A stretch of DNA of 64,000 bases from Capillimicrobium sp. (GCA_035761245.1 DASTRJ010000028.1:8200-72199); one strand, 5' to 3'; shown: positions 46,785 through 62,434, counted from the stretch's first letter. Numbers and translations are program-made. The notes: generated from the sequence alone by a model not told the origin.

Positions 46785-47939
46785 CTACCCCCATTTGGGG
46801 GTCAGCGCGCGCCGCACGCGGTCGACGGTCACCACGCCCCGCAGGATCCCGTCGTGGTCGACGGCGAAGACGGCGCCGAGCTGGCGCAGCCCGTCGGCGC
46901 CGAGCAGCGCCTCCAGCGGCTCGTCGAGGTCGATCGCGAAGCGGCCGTCGGGCTGGTCGACGACCTCGCGGACGGGCAGCGTCGGGCGGCCCTCCGCGAG
47001 CACCCGCTCGGCGTCGGCGCGGTGCAGCACGCCGGCGTAGCGGCCGTCGCGCTCGGTGATGGCGACCCACGGCCAGCCCTGGCCCGCGAAGACCCGGTCG
47101 GAGGCCTCGATGAGCGGAGTGTCGGCGTCGATCGTCAGCGGGTCCGGGTCCATGACGTCCGAGACGGTGACGCCCTCGAGGCGCTCGTCGAGGTCGCTCT
47201 GGGCGACGGCGCCGCGGGCCGCCTGGCCGAGGAAGAGCGCCAGGATCGCCAGCCAGAGCCCGTCGAAGACCGCGCCGCGCAGCATCACGAAGAGCCCGAA
47301 GCCGCCGAGGAGGTAGGCGAAGCCCAGCCCGGTGCGCCCCGCGAAGCGGGTCGCCTTCGTCTTCTCGCCCGTCAGCTTCCACGCCGCCGCGCGCGCGATC
47401 CGGCCGCCGTCGAGCGGGAACGCCGGGATGAGGTTGAAGACGAGCAGCGCCACGTTGATCGACGCGAGGAACGCGAGCAGCACGAGCGCCGCGCTCGCGG
47501 TCGGCGCCGGCTCGAGGATCGCCGCGTCGACGAAGCGCGAGCCGTCGAGCGCGAGGCCGAGCGCCACGCAGAGCGCGATGATCCCGGCGGTCACGAGCGG
47601 GCCGGCGACCGCCACCCACAGCTCCTCGCCGGGGCTGCGCGAGTCGCGGCTCATCTTCGCCACCCCGCCGAAGAACCAGAGGTCGATGCCGGTCACCTTG
47701 ATGCCGCACTGGCGCGCGGCGAGCGCGTGGCCGAGCTCGTGCAGGATCAGCGAGGCGAAGAACAGCACCGCCGCGGCGACCGCGAGCACGTACGCGCGCG
47801 TCGGCGAGCCGAACAGCTGCGACTGGAAGCGGTCCGACAGCAGCCAGATGAACAGGAACAGCACGAAGAACCAGCTCGTGCTGACGCCGATCCGGATGCC
47901 GAGGAGGCGGACCAGCTGGATCGAGCTGCCGGTGGGCAT
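46785..47939 (-). CDS. Site-2 protease (M50) with CBS domains
   Basis: HELGH and NLIPAFPLDGG motifs; C-terminal CBS pair. Confidence 0.92.
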   Translation of the reverse strand: MPTGSSIQLVRLLGIRIGVSTSWFFVLFLFIWLLSDRFQSQLFGSPTRAYVLAVAAAVLFFASLILHELGHALAARQCGIKVTGIDLWFFGGVAKMSRDSRSPGEELWVAVAGPLVTAGIIALCVALGLALDGSRFVDAAILEPAPTASAALVLLAFLASINVALLVFNLIPAFPLDGGRIARAAAWKLTGEKTKATRFAGRTGLGFAYLLGGFGLFVMLRGAVFDGLWLAILALFLGQAARGAVAQSDLDERLEGVTVSDVMDPDPLTIDADTPLIEASDRVFAGQGWPWVAITERDGRYAGVLHRADAERVLAEGRPTLPVREVVDQPDGRFAIDLDEPLEALLGADGLRQLGAVFAVDHDGILRGVVTVDRVRRALTPKWG

Positions 47940-47967
47940 GTGCCCTGATGGTGCCAGGTGACGCGCG

Positions 47968-49611
47968 CTACGACTCCGGCGCGTGGCGCTCGACGATCGC
48001 GCCGGCGTCGATGCCCGCCGGCAGCGTGCCGTACACCAGGCCGCCGTCGCCGGCCAGGCGGGTCGCGCAGAACGCGTCGGCCACGACCGCCGGCGCGTGG
48101 CGGACGAGCAGCGAGCCCTGGAGCGCCAGCGCCATCCGCTCGACGACGCGGCGGGCGCGCGACTCGAGCTCGGTGCCGTCGGTCAGCTCGGCCTTGAGCG
48201 CGGCGACGTGCGCGTCGAGGTTCGCGTTGGCGCCGGCGGCGAGCTCGACCTCGTCGAGGAAGACGCCGAGCGCGGCCGGCGTGCGGGCCATCGCGCGCAG
48301 CACGTCGAGCGCGATGACGTTCCCCGAGCCCTCCCACACCGACAGCAGCGGCTGCTCGCGGTAGACGCGCGCCAGCGGCCACTCCTCGGTGTAGCCGTTG
48401 CCGCCGAGGCACTCGAGCGCCTCGGCCGCGTGGCCCGGGCCGCGCTTGCACACCCAGTACTTCGCCACCGCCGTCGCGAGCCGCTTGAACAGGAGCGCGG
48501 CCTCGTCGTCCGCCGACTCGTCATACGCGCGCGCGAGGCGCATCGCCGTGACCGTCGCCGCCTCCGACTCGATCGCGAGGTCGGCGAGCACGTTGCGCAT
48601 GAGCGGCTGCTCGACGAGGAGCTTGCCGAACGCGGCGCGGTGCCGCGCGTGGTGGATCGCCTGCTCGGTGCAGGTGCGCATGCCGGCGGTCGAGCCGAGG
48701 ACGCAGTCCAGCCGCGTGTGGCCGACCATCTCGATGATCGTCGGCACGCCGCGGCCGGGCTCGCCGACCATCTGCGCCCACGCGCCGTGCAGCTCGATCT
48801 CCGAGCTGGCGTTCGACCAGTTGCCGAGCTTGTCCTTGAGGCGCTGGATGCGGAACGCGTTGCGCGCGCCGTCCGGCGTGATCCGCGGCAGGGCGAAGCA
48901 CGACAGGCCGTCGTCGGTCTGGGCCAGGACGAGGAAGAGGTCGCTCATCGGCGCGCTGCAGAACCACTTGTGGCCGGTCAGGCGCCACGCGCCGTCGGCG
49001 GGCTCGGCGACCGTGATGTTGGCGCGCACGTCCGAGCCGCCCTGCTTCTCGGTCATCGCCATGCCGACGATCGCGCTCGCCTTGCCGCCCGGCGGGTCGA
49101 GCCGCGGGTCGTACGTCGTGGCGGTGATCCGCGGCTCCCACTCGGCGGCCAGCTCGGGCGTCGCGCGCAGCGCCGGCACCGCCGAGTACGTCATCGAGAT
49201 CGGGCAGCCGTGGCCGGGCTCGGCGCGCGAGAGGGTCATGAACATCGCCGCGCGCGCGACGTGGGCGCCCTCCCGGGGATCGCGCCACGGCAGCGCGTGC
49301 AGCTCGTGCTCGACCGCCAGCGCCATGAAGCGGTGGTAGCTCGGGTGAAACTCGACCTCGTCGATGCGGTGGCCGAAGCGGTCGAACAGCCGCAGCTCGG
49401 GCTTGCAGCGGTTGGCGTCGCGGCCGGCCTGGAGGATCTCGGCCGAGCCGGCGATCGCGCCGAGCGCCTTCGCGCGCGGCTCCGCCCAGGCGGCGCCCTC
49501 GCGACGCAGCGCCTCCACGAGCGGGCGGTCCGCGCTGAACGCGTCGTAGTCCTCCAGGGGGACGGACTGGTTGCGCGCCTCGGTCAGCGACGGGGACGGG
49601 GTGCTCAGCAT
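47968..49611 (-). CDS. Acyl-CoA dehydrogenase, AidB-like
   Basis: CPISMT, MAMTEKQGGSD, GHKWFCSAP and WEGSGNV motifs. Confidence 0.92.
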   Translation of the reverse strand: MLSTPSPSLTEARNQSVPLEDYDAFSADRPLVEALRREGAAWAEPRAKALGAIAGSAEILQAGRDANRCKPELRLFDRFGHRIDEVEFHPSYHRFMALAVEHELHALPWRDPREGAHVARAAMFMTLSRAEPGHGCPISMTYSAVPALRATPELAAEWEPRITATTYDPRLDPPGGKASAIVGMAMTEKQGGSDVRANITVAEPADGAWRLTGHKWFCSAPMSDLFLVLAQTDDGLSCFALPRITPDGARNAFRIQRLKDKLGNWSNASSEIELHGAWAQMVGEPGRGVPTIIEMVGHTRLDCVLGSTAGMRTCTEQAIHHARHRAAFGKLLVEQPLMRNVLADLAIESEAATVTAMRLARAYDESADDEAALLFKRLATAVAKYWVCKRGPGHAAEALECLGGNGYTEEWPLARVYREQPLLSVWEGSGNVIALDVLRAMARTPAALGVFLDEVELAAGANANLDAHVAALKAELTDGTELESRARRVVERMALALQGSLLVRHAPAVVADAFCATRLAGDGGLVYGTLPAGIDAGAIVERHAPES

Positions 49612-50198
49612 GCGCGGGGCTCCTCGAGGGTCAGGTGGGTGACGGCGCGGCCGCAGAAAATCACGAGCGACGCGACGAGCTCGTCCTCGTCGCGCTCGCC
49701 CGCCGTGGGGGAGAGCGGCCCGACGAGGGCCTCGCCGATCGCGCCGACGAGCGCGGCGGCGACGACGTCGCGGTCGGGCAGGCCGGCGGGCAGCGCCTCG
49801 GCGAAGGCGTCGCGGAAGGCCTGGCGGAAGACGAGCCGCTCGGCCTCGACCGCCGGGTCGACGGGCTCGGCGAGCAGCGCCCAGGCGAGCCGGCGCCCGG
49901 TTAGCGCGCGGCGGCTGAACGCCTCGACGCCGGCCGGGATGCCGCCGTCGGCGATCGCGGCGCGGACGGCGTCGACCTCGCGCTGCGACGCGCGGCGGAA
50001 GACCTCGGCGAACAGCTCGGCCTTCGACGGGAAGTGCCGGTAGACGCTGCCGGTCGCGACGCCCGCGCGCTCGGCCACGGCGGCGATCGACGCGGCCCGG
50101 TAGCCGCCGGCCGCGATCAGCTCGTGCGCCGCGACGACGACGCGCTCGCGCGCCGCGAGGCGGCGCGCCTCGGTGCGCTCGGTGGAGCGGTAGGCCAT
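49605..50198 (-). CDS. TetR family regulator
   Basis: VAERAGVATGSVYRHFPSK HTH. Confidence 0.92.
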   Translation of the reverse strand: MAYRSTERTEARRLAARERVVVAAHELIAAGGYRAASIAAVAERAGVATGSVYRHFPSKAELFAEVFRRASQREVDAVRAAIADGGIPAGVEAFSRRALTGRRLAWALLAEPVDPAVEAERLVFRQAFRDAFAEALPAGLPDRDVVAAALVGAIGEALVGPLSPTAGERDEDELVASLVIFCGRAVTHLTLEEPRAC

Positions 50199-50210
50199 CG
50201 CGCCAAGAAG

Positions 50211-50224
50211 TGAATCACGATTCA
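50211..50224. promoter_or_regulatory. TetR operator candidate
   Basis: TGAATC-AC-GATTCA palindrome just upstream of the TetR gene. Confidence 0.7.
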
Positions 50225-50288
50225 GCCCTTCGCTTCAACCGGACCGGAGGTCCGCGGTGGCACCGCATGTGCCAGCATCGTCGGCCTC

Positions 50289-53710
<3,422 letters not shown>

Positions 53711-53714
<4 letters not shown>

Positions 53715-54154
53715 CGGCGATCCGCCTCCTCGAGCATCCGCTCGAGGATCGCCGCGGCCCGGTCGAGGGTGGCGAGGTCGTCGTCGTCGAGGGCGCGCAG
53801 CCGCTGCGCGAGGTAGGCGTCCTTGCGGCTGCGGACGGCGCGCAGCACGGCGCGGCCGTCGTCGGAGAGGGCGATCAGGCTGGAGCGGCGATCACCGGGA
53901 TCGGGCGAGCGCGTGACGAGCCCGTCCTCCTCGAGCCGGCCCAGCAGCCGCGTGACGGTGGGCCGCTGGATCCGCTCGCGGTCGGCGAGCTCGCTCGGCG
54001 TGAGGGGGCCGTGGCGCTCGATGGTGGCCAGGGCGGCCGTCTGCGAGGGCGACAGGCCCTCGCCGGCCTCCTGCCGCAGCCGCCGCGCGGTGCGCGTGAC
54101 CGCGAGGCGCAGGCGGCCGGCGAGCTGAGGACGGGTGACGCGGGTCGTTGCCAT
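53711..54154 (-). CDS. MarR family regulator
   Basis: SELA..ERIQRPTVTR..LEEDGLV..DPGDRR motif. Confidence 0.92.
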
Positions 54155-54169
54155 GGCTAATCATTAGCC
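54155..54169. promoter_or_regulatory. MarR operator candidate
   Basis: GGCTAAT-C-ATTAGCC palindrome abutting the marR start codon. Confidence 0.7.
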
Positions 54170-54204
54170 TAGCGAATCGGATCCACGGCCCGGGCAGGGT
54201 GCGC

Positions 54205-54244
54205 CGCATCCGTCTCGCCGAGCGAGACGCACGCGGCACACGTC
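54205..54244. repeat. REP-like palindromic repeat, copy 2
   Basis: 38/40 identical to 42699-42738. Confidence 0.85.
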
Positions 54245-54249
54245 AGCGG

Positions 54250-54666
54250 CTACGCCGCGACCTTCGGATGCCAGCCGCGCCCTTCCTTGGTCACGAGCCC
54301 GTCCTGCTCGAGCCCCGGCAGCACCCGGTAGAGGTAGTTCTGCTTGATGCCCATGCGCTCGGCGAGCTCGGGGATCGTGATCCCGGGGTTCTCCTGCACG
54401 AGCGCGAGCGCCTCCTTGGCGCGCGTCCCGGTGCCGCGGGGCCGGCCGCGCCGCCCGCTGCCGCCGCTCGAGCCGCCGGCCGAGGTCGAGCGCCGGCGTC
54501 GCGTCGTGCCGCCGGTCGCGCTGCCCGCGGCGCCGCGGCTCTCCACGCCGACGCCCTCCAGCGCGCGCTGAGCGGCCTCCAGCCGGTGGAACTCGTCCAC
54601 CAGTGGGCGCAGCTCCTTCAAGCGCTCAGCGATTTCACGCTTTTTCTCATCCAGGAAGTCGGCCAT
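54250..54666 (-). CDS. Small DNA-binding protein: coiled coil, RGRP linker, winged HTH
   Basis: NPGITIPELAERMGIKQNYLYRVL HTH; TACTCT -10 element 7 nt before ATG (leaderless). Confidence 0.8.
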   Translation of the reverse strand: MADFLDEKKREIAERLKELRPLVDEFHRLEAAQRALEGVGVESRGAAGSATGGTTRRRRSTSAGGSSGGSGRRGRPRGTGTRAKEALALVQENPGITIPELAERMGIKQNYLYRVLPGLEQDGLVTKEGRGWHPKVAA

Positions 54667-54688
54667 AACGGTAAGAGTAACGGTGAAC

Positions 54689-55483
54689 TCACACCGTGTA
54701 CACGTCACCTTCGCGGGCGACGTGAACCGCTCCGCCGAAGGCGCGCTCGGCCTCCACGCGCACCCACTGCTCGTCGAGCTCGTCCGGGAAGTGGGTGATC
54801 ACCAGCTGCTTGACGCCGGCGCGCGACCCGTGGTCGCCCGCCTCGCCGGGGGTGAGGTGACCGCGCATCCCGGTGCGCTCGGGGCGGGGCAGCGTCGCCT
54901 CGAGCATCAGCAGGTCGCTCCCGCGCGCGAACTCGATCAGCTCCTCGGTCGGCGCCGAGTCGGCCCCGAAGGTGAAGCGGCCGCCGCCGTTGACCGACGA
55001 GATCGCGATCGCCCACGCCGGCACGAAGTGCGGCACGGCGTGGAACCGCAGCCGCAGCGGCCCGACCTCGAGCGTCTGGCCCGGGTCGTACTCGCAGAGG
55101 TCGAACGCCTTCTCGATCAGCTCCTCGGCGCCCCACGCGCCGGTCACCTGCCGGAACGTCTCGCGTGCGCGCGGCGGGGCGAACAGCCGCGGCCGCGCCG
55201 GGTTGTCGGTCCCGGGCCAGCGATGCACCGGCACCGGCTGCTGGCGCGGCGAGTAGATCAGCGCGTAGGCGAACGGGACGAGGTCGAGGAAGTGGTCGGC
55301 GTGGAGGTGTGACACGACCACCGCGTCGACGTCGACGTAGTCGCGGAAGCGCCGCAGCTTGGAGAACACGCCGTTGCCGCAGTCGAGCAGCAGGCAGGTG
55401 TCGTCCTCCTCGACGAGGTAACCGCTGCACGCGCCGTTGGCGTCCTGCCACGCAGGCGACTTGCCGAGGACCGTGATGCGCAC
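54689..55483 (-). CDS. MBL-fold metallo-hydrolase (RNase Z/phosphodiesterase-like)
   Basis: CSGYL, LDCG, SHLHADH, GHLT and ITH motifs. Confidence 0.92.
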   Translation of the reverse strand: MRITVLGKSPAWQDANGACSGYLVEEDDTCLLLDCGNGVFSKLRRFRDYVDVDAVVVSHLHADHFLDLVPFAYALIYSPRQQPVPVHRWPGTDNPARPRLFAPPRARETFRQVTGAWGAEELIEKAFDLCEYDPGQTLEVGPLRLRFHAVPHFVPAWAIAISSVNGGGRFTFGADSAPTEELIEFARGSDLLMLEATLPRPERTGMRGHLTPGEAGDHGSRAGVKQLVITHFPDELDEQWVRVEAERAFGGAVHVAREGDVYTV

Positions 55484-55499
55484 CCGGCGCGGACAATAC

Positions 55500-56456
55500 C
55501 TATGAAGCGGACTGACGAAACGACCTGCGATACGCGGCCGGCGCGACGCCCATCGCGCGCGAGAAGTGACGGCGGTACGCGGCCGGGCTCGGGATGCCCA
55601 CCGCGGCGCCGACGTGCTCGACCGGCAGGTCGGACTCCTCGAGCAGCGCGAGGCTCGCGCGGATGCGCTGGTCGAGCAGCCAGCGCGCCGGGCTGGTGCC
55701 GGTCGCGCGCCGGAAGTGACGGGTGAAGCTGCGCGGCGACAGGTGCGCATGCGCGGCGAGCTGGGCGAGGTCGAGGCGCTGCTCGAGGCGCTCGAGCGCC
55801 CACTCCATCGTGCGCGCCACCGCCGTGCCGCGCTCGGCCGGCGCGACCGGCTGCTCGACGAACTGCGCCTGGCCGCCGTCGCGGTGCGGCGCCACGACGA
55901 GCCGCCGGGCGACGTGGTTCGCGATCGCGCTGCCGTGGTCGGCGCGGACGAGGTGCAGGCAGAGGTCGATGCCCGCCGCGCTGCCCGCGGAGGTCAGCAC
56001 GTCGCCGTCGTCGACGTAGAGGACGTCGCGGTCGACGCGGACCGCCGGGTGACGGCGCTGCAGCTCGTCGGCGTAGCGCCAGTGCGTCGCCGCGGCGCGA
56101 CCGTCGAGCAGCCCGGCGGCGGCGAGCGCGAACGCGCCGGAGCAGATCGACACCACGCGTGCCCCGTGCGCGTGCGCGTGACGCAGCGCGTCGACGAGGG
56201 CGCCCGACACGGGCGCGTCGACGGGCTGGCCCGGGACGATCACGGTGTCGGCGCTCGCCAGCCGGTCCAGGCCGTGGCGCGCCACGAGCGCGAAGCCGCC
56301 GACCGCGTCGAGCGGCGGCCCGGGGCGCTCGGCGCACACGTCGAGCTCGTACCACTCGACGTCCAGCTCGGGTCGCGGCAGGCCGAACACCTCGACCACG
56401 ACGCCGAGCTCGAACGGGGCCATCCCGTCGTAGGCGAGGACCGCGACGCGGTGCAT
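55500..56456 (-). CDS. GlxA/FtrA-type AraC regulator (DJ-1/PfpI plus HTH)
   Basis: SICSGAF, TTHW-like motif, TSAGSAAGIDLCL and RDGGQAQF motifs. Confidence 0.92.
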   Translation of the reverse strand: MHRVAVLAYDGMAPFELGVVVEVFGLPRPELDVEWYELDVCAERPGPPLDAVGGFALVARHGLDRLASADTVIVPGQPVDAPVSGALVDALRHAHAHGARVVSICSGAFALAAAGLLDGRAAATHWRYADELQRRHPAVRVDRDVLYVDDGDVLTSAGSAAGIDLCLHLVRADHGSAIANHVARRLVVAPHRDGGQAQFVEQPVAPAERGTAVARTMEWALERLEQRLDLAQLAAHAHLSPRSFTRHFRRATGTSPARWLLDQRIRASLALLEESDLPVEHVGAAVGIPSPAAYRRHFSRAMGVAPAAYRRSFRQSAS

Positions 56457-56570
56457 CGAGGCGACCGTAGCGCAGCCGGCCTTCCCGCTCGCGTCGCGCC
56501 ACGCTACGCTAGCCGGAAAACCTGATCGACTTTCACGTCTATCCAAGTCCCCGACGTAGGAGCAGACAGC

Positions 56571-57227
56571 ATGGCGCTCACCATCGGCGATACCGCGCCG
56601 AACTTCACCGCCCAGACGACCGAGGGCGAGATCGACTTCCACCAGTGGATCGGCGACAGCTGGGCTGTCCTGTTCTCGCACCCGCGGAACTTCACGCCGG
56701 TGTGCACGACCGAGCTCGGCTACATGGCGTCGATCAAGCCGGAGTTCGACAAGCGCAACACGAAGATCATCGGCCTGTCGGTCGACCCGCTCGACAACCA
56801 CGAGAAGTGGGCCGAGCAGATCGCGCAGTCCCAGGGCACCGCGCCCAACTACCCGCTGATCGCCGACAGCGACTTCACCGTCTCGAAGCTGTACGGGATG
56901 CTCCCGTCCGACGTCGACGGCGACCCGACGTCGCGCACCCCGGCGCAGAACGCGACGCTGCGCAACGTCTTCGTCATCGGCCCGGACAAGAAGATCAAGC
57001 TGATCCTCATCTATCCGATGACGACCGGCCGCAACTTCGACGAGGTGCTGCGCGTCCTCGACTCGCTGCAGCTCACCGCCCAGCACCAGCTCGCCACGCC
57101 GGCGCAGTGGCAGCCGGGCGAGAAGGTGATCATCTCGGGCTCCGTCAGCAACGAGGAGGCCAAGGAGCGCTACCCCGAGGGCTGGGAGGAGCCGCTCCCC
57201 TACCTGCGCATCGTCCCCGCGCCGTAG
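56571..57227 (+). CDS. 1-Cys peroxiredoxin (Prx6)
   Basis: FSHP..FTPVCTTE and YPMTTGRNFDE motifs. Confidence 0.95.
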   Translation: MALTIGDTAPNFTAQTTEGEIDFHQWIGDSWAVLFSHPRNFTPVCTTELGYMASIKPEFDKRNTKIIGLSVDPLDNHEKWAEQIAQSQGTAPNYPLIADSDFTVSKLYGMLPSDVDGDPTSRTPAQNATLRNVFVIGPDKKIKLILIYPMTTGRNFDEVLRVLDSLQLTAQHQLATPAQWQPGEKVIISGSVSNEEAKERYPEGWEEPLPYLRIVPAP

Positions 57228-57243
57228 CGGGCACGAGCTCGTG

Positions 57244-57279
57244 GCGGTCCGTGGCCGGCGCGCGCCGGCCACGGACCGC
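57244..57279. repeat. Perfect 36-bp palindrome
   Basis: gcggtccgtggccggcgc|gcgccggccacggaccgc with no spacer. Confidence 0.9.
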
Positions 57280-57367
57280 GCAGTGCGCCCGATCGTGGCC
57301 GGATCGTGGCGCAGGTTGTCCCTCCGGCCACTGGTCGTCGCGCCCGCCGGCCGCGACGCTGACGGCC

Positions 57368-57718
57368 ATGAGCAACCCCTTCGCCGCCAAGCTGCGGTTC
57401 GAGACCGACCCCGCCGACGTCTGGGCCGCCATGCAGGCCGACGGCGGCGCGCCCTTCACGCTGGTCGACGCGCGCTCGACGGCCAGCTACGCCCGCGCCC
57501 ACCTGCCCGGCGCCGTCTCCATCCACGCCGAGCTGCCCGACGGCCCGCTCGTGACGTACTGCTGGTCGCCGGGTTGCAACGGCGCCACGAAGGCGGCCGC
57601 GCGGCTGCACGACGAGGGCCGCGACGTCAAGGAGATGATCGGCGGCTTCGAGTACTGGGTGCGCGAGGGGCTGCCGATCGAGGGCTCCGTCGGCGGCGAT
57701 CGCCTCGTCGGCCCGTAG
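57368..57718 (+). CDS. Rhodanese-like domain protein
   Basis: VDAR, HLPGA, YCWSPGCNG and GGFEYW motifs. Confidence 0.9.
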   Translation: MSNPFAAKLRFETDPADVWAAMQADGGAPFTLVDARSTASYARAHLPGAVSIHAELPDGPLVTYCWSPGCNGATKAAARLHDEGRDVKEMIGGFEYWVREGLPIEGSVGGDRLVGP

Positions 57719-57787
57719 GCTGAGGCGGCGACGCGCCGTCGTGCGCGTGATCCGGGCCGTCAGCGGGGAACCGAAGCCACCGTGCCG

Positions 57788-58006
57788 CTACCGATGCAAC
57801 GCCGCCTGCTCCTCCGCCGTGGGGAACGCCCACGCCGCCTGCGTGCGCCGCTCCTGGCGGAACACGAACCGCATCTGCTGCGGCGGGCGCAGGCCCTCGG
57901 GGGAGTCGGGTCGGAAGGTGGCGCAGGGCTCGTCGAGGCGCAGCGCGCAGAGCAGGTTGCGCCGGAAGTAGCAGTCTTCGCAGGAGATCTTCTTGGGCTT
58001 CGGCAT
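57788..58006 (-). CDS. Small Cys-rich hypothetical protein
   Basis: CEDCYFRRNLLCAL...PCATFRP. Confidence 0.65.
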   Translation of the reverse strand: MPKPKKISCEDCYFRRNLLCALRLDEPCATFRPDSPEGLRPPQQMRFVFRQERRTQAAWAFPTAEEQAALHR

Positions 58007-58146
58007 CGGTCGGTTCGGCATCGAAGCAGAACCGCCGCCACCCGGGCAACGTCGTTTCCCGCAAAACGCAGCACTTTCGTGAAAGACCTGCAAACTCCTC
58101 CTTTTCGCCGCGAACATCCCGCATCTACCGGCTTTTTCCGCGTCCG

Positions 58147-59070
58147 ATGAGGGTCCTCGTAACCGGCATCACCGGCTACGTCGGCGCGGCGCTGGCCCCG
58201 CGGCTCGCCGACGCGGGGCACGAGGTCTCCGGCTTCGCCCGCGATCCGTCGCGCGCGGTCACCGCGATCGCCGCCGGGATCCCGGTGCGGCGCGGCGACG
58301 CGGTCACCGGCGAGGGCCTGCGCGAGGCGCTGCGCGGCGTCGAGGTCGCCTACTACCTCATCCACTCCATGGAGCCCAACGTCGACGGCTTCGCCGCGCG
58401 CGACCGCCAGGCCGCGATCGCCTTCCGCGACGCCGCCCGCGCCGAGGGCGTCCGGCGCGTCGTCTACCTCGGCGGCCTCGTGCCCGCCGACCGGGCGGCC
58501 TCGCCGCACCTCGCCAGCCGCCTCGAGGTCGAGCGCCTGCTGCTCGAGACGACCCCCGACTCGGTCGCCCTGCGCGCCTCGATCGTCATCGGCGCGCGCA
58601 GCCGCTCGTTCCGGTTCCTGGTCCGCCTCGTCGAGCGGCTGCCCGTCCTGCCGCTGCCCGCGTGGCGCGACTTCCGGACGCAGCCGATCGACGGCCGCGA
58701 CGTCCTCGCCATGCTCGTCGCGGCGGCCTCGGCCGAGGAGGCCGGAGGCCGCTCGCTCGACATCGCCGGCCCCGACGTCCTGACCTACGGCGAGATGGTC
58801 GAGCGGATCGCCGACGCGATGCTCGTCAGCCGTCCGCCGGTGCGGCTGGGCTTCAGCGCCACCGGCCTGACGTCGTACGTCGCCGCCGCCGTCGCGGGCG
58901 AGACGCACGAGCTCATCGGCCCGCTCATGGCGGGGCTCGAGGGCGACCTGCTGCCGCGCGACGACGGCGCCGCGGAGCTGCTCGGCGTGCGGCTGCACCG
59001 CTTCGACGCGGCGGTCGAGCGCGCGCTGCGCGAGTGGGAGGAGACCGGCGAGGAGCTGGCTGCGCGATGA
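58147..59070 (+). CDS. NAD(P)-binding atypical SDR
   Basis: TGITGYVG, YYLIHSM, HLASR and QPI motifs. Confidence 0.9.
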   Translation: MRVLVTGITGYVGAALAPRLADAGHEVSGFARDPSRAVTAIAAGIPVRRGDAVTGEGLREALRGVEVAYYLIHSMEPNVDGFAARDRQAAIAFRDAARAEGVRRVVYLGGLVPADRAASPHLASRLEVERLLLETTPDSVALRASIVIGARSRSFRFLVRLVERLPVLPLPAWRDFRTQPIDGRDVLAMLVAAASAEEAGGRSLDIAGPDVLTYGEMVERIADAMLVSRPPVRLGFSATGLTSYVAAAVAGETHELIGPLMAGLEGDLLPRDDGAAELLGVRLHRFDAAVERALREWEETGEELAAR

Positions 59071-59080
59071 TCCGAGCCCG

Positions 59081-59509
59081 GTGAGCAGCAAGGTCGTGAC
59101 CTCCATCCAGATCAACGCGTCGCCCCAGGACGTCTGGGACGTCGTCATGGACCCCGAGCGGCTGCACGAGTGGGTGACCATCCACCGCGGCCTCGGCGCG
59201 CACGGCGACGGCCACATGGAGCAGACGCTCTGCCTGCGCGGCGTGCACTTCCACGTGCGCTGGGACCTCGCGGAGTCCGACGAGCCGAAGCTCGCGGTGT
59301 GGGAGGGACGGGGGCCCGCGCGCTCGAAGGCGCACACCGCCTACCGGCTCACCGCGGTCGACGGCGGCACCCGCTTCGACTACGAGAACGAGTTCAAGCC
59401 GCCGTTCGGACCGCTCGGCGCGGCGGCCGGGCGAGCGCTGGTGGGCGGCGTGCCCCAGCGCGAGGCCGACGCCTCGCTGAAGCGGCTCAAGGCGCTGCTG
59501 GAGGCGTAG
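59081..59509 (+). CDS. SRPBCC family protein
   Basis: INASPQDVWDVVMD..W start; C-terminal LKRLKALLE helix. Confidence 0.85.
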   Translation: MSSKVVTSIQINASPQDVWDVVMDPERLHEWVTIHRGLGAHGDGHMEQTLCLRGVHFHVRWDLAESDEPKLAVWEGRGPARSKAHTAYRLTAVDGGTRFDYENEFKPPFGPLGAAAGRALVGGVPQREADASLKRLKALLEA

Positions 59510-59520
59510 CCTTCGAAGCC

Positions 59521-59996
59521 ATGCCGGAACGCGACATCTTCGCCAACTTCGAGCGGATGCGGCGCGAGATGGACGAGCTGTTCGGCGGCGTCTTCGACCG
59601 CTCGCTCGCCCCGCACCGGCGCGCCGGCTTCACCCCGCGCGTCGACGTCTCGTACGTCGGCGACCCGCCGCGCGCGATCGTCACCGCCGAGCTCGCCGGC
59701 GTCGACGTCGACCAGATCGACCTCGAGATCCGCGGCCGCGAGCTGATCATCGCCGGCAGCCGCGGCGCCCTCGACGAGGCCGAGGGGCGGGTGTACCAGC
59801 AGATCGAGATCGAGCACGGGCCGTTCCGCCGCACCATCCAGCTCGGCGCCGACGTGGCCGCCGACCAGGCGAAGGCGACCTACGACGACGGCGTCCTGCG
59901 GGTCGAGCTGCCGCTGATCCAGCCCGAGCCGCGCAGCCGCACCGTGCCGATCGAGGTGCGCGGCCATCCGAGCGCGGAGCCGGAGGAGGACGGCTC

Positions 59997-60000
<4 letters not shown>
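59521..60000 (+). CDS. Hsp20/alpha-crystallin small heat shock protein
   Basis: PRVDV, ELAGV, GPFRR and ATYDDGVL motifs. Confidence 0.92.
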
Positions 60001-62432
<2,432 letters not shown>

Positions 62433-62434
62433 GA

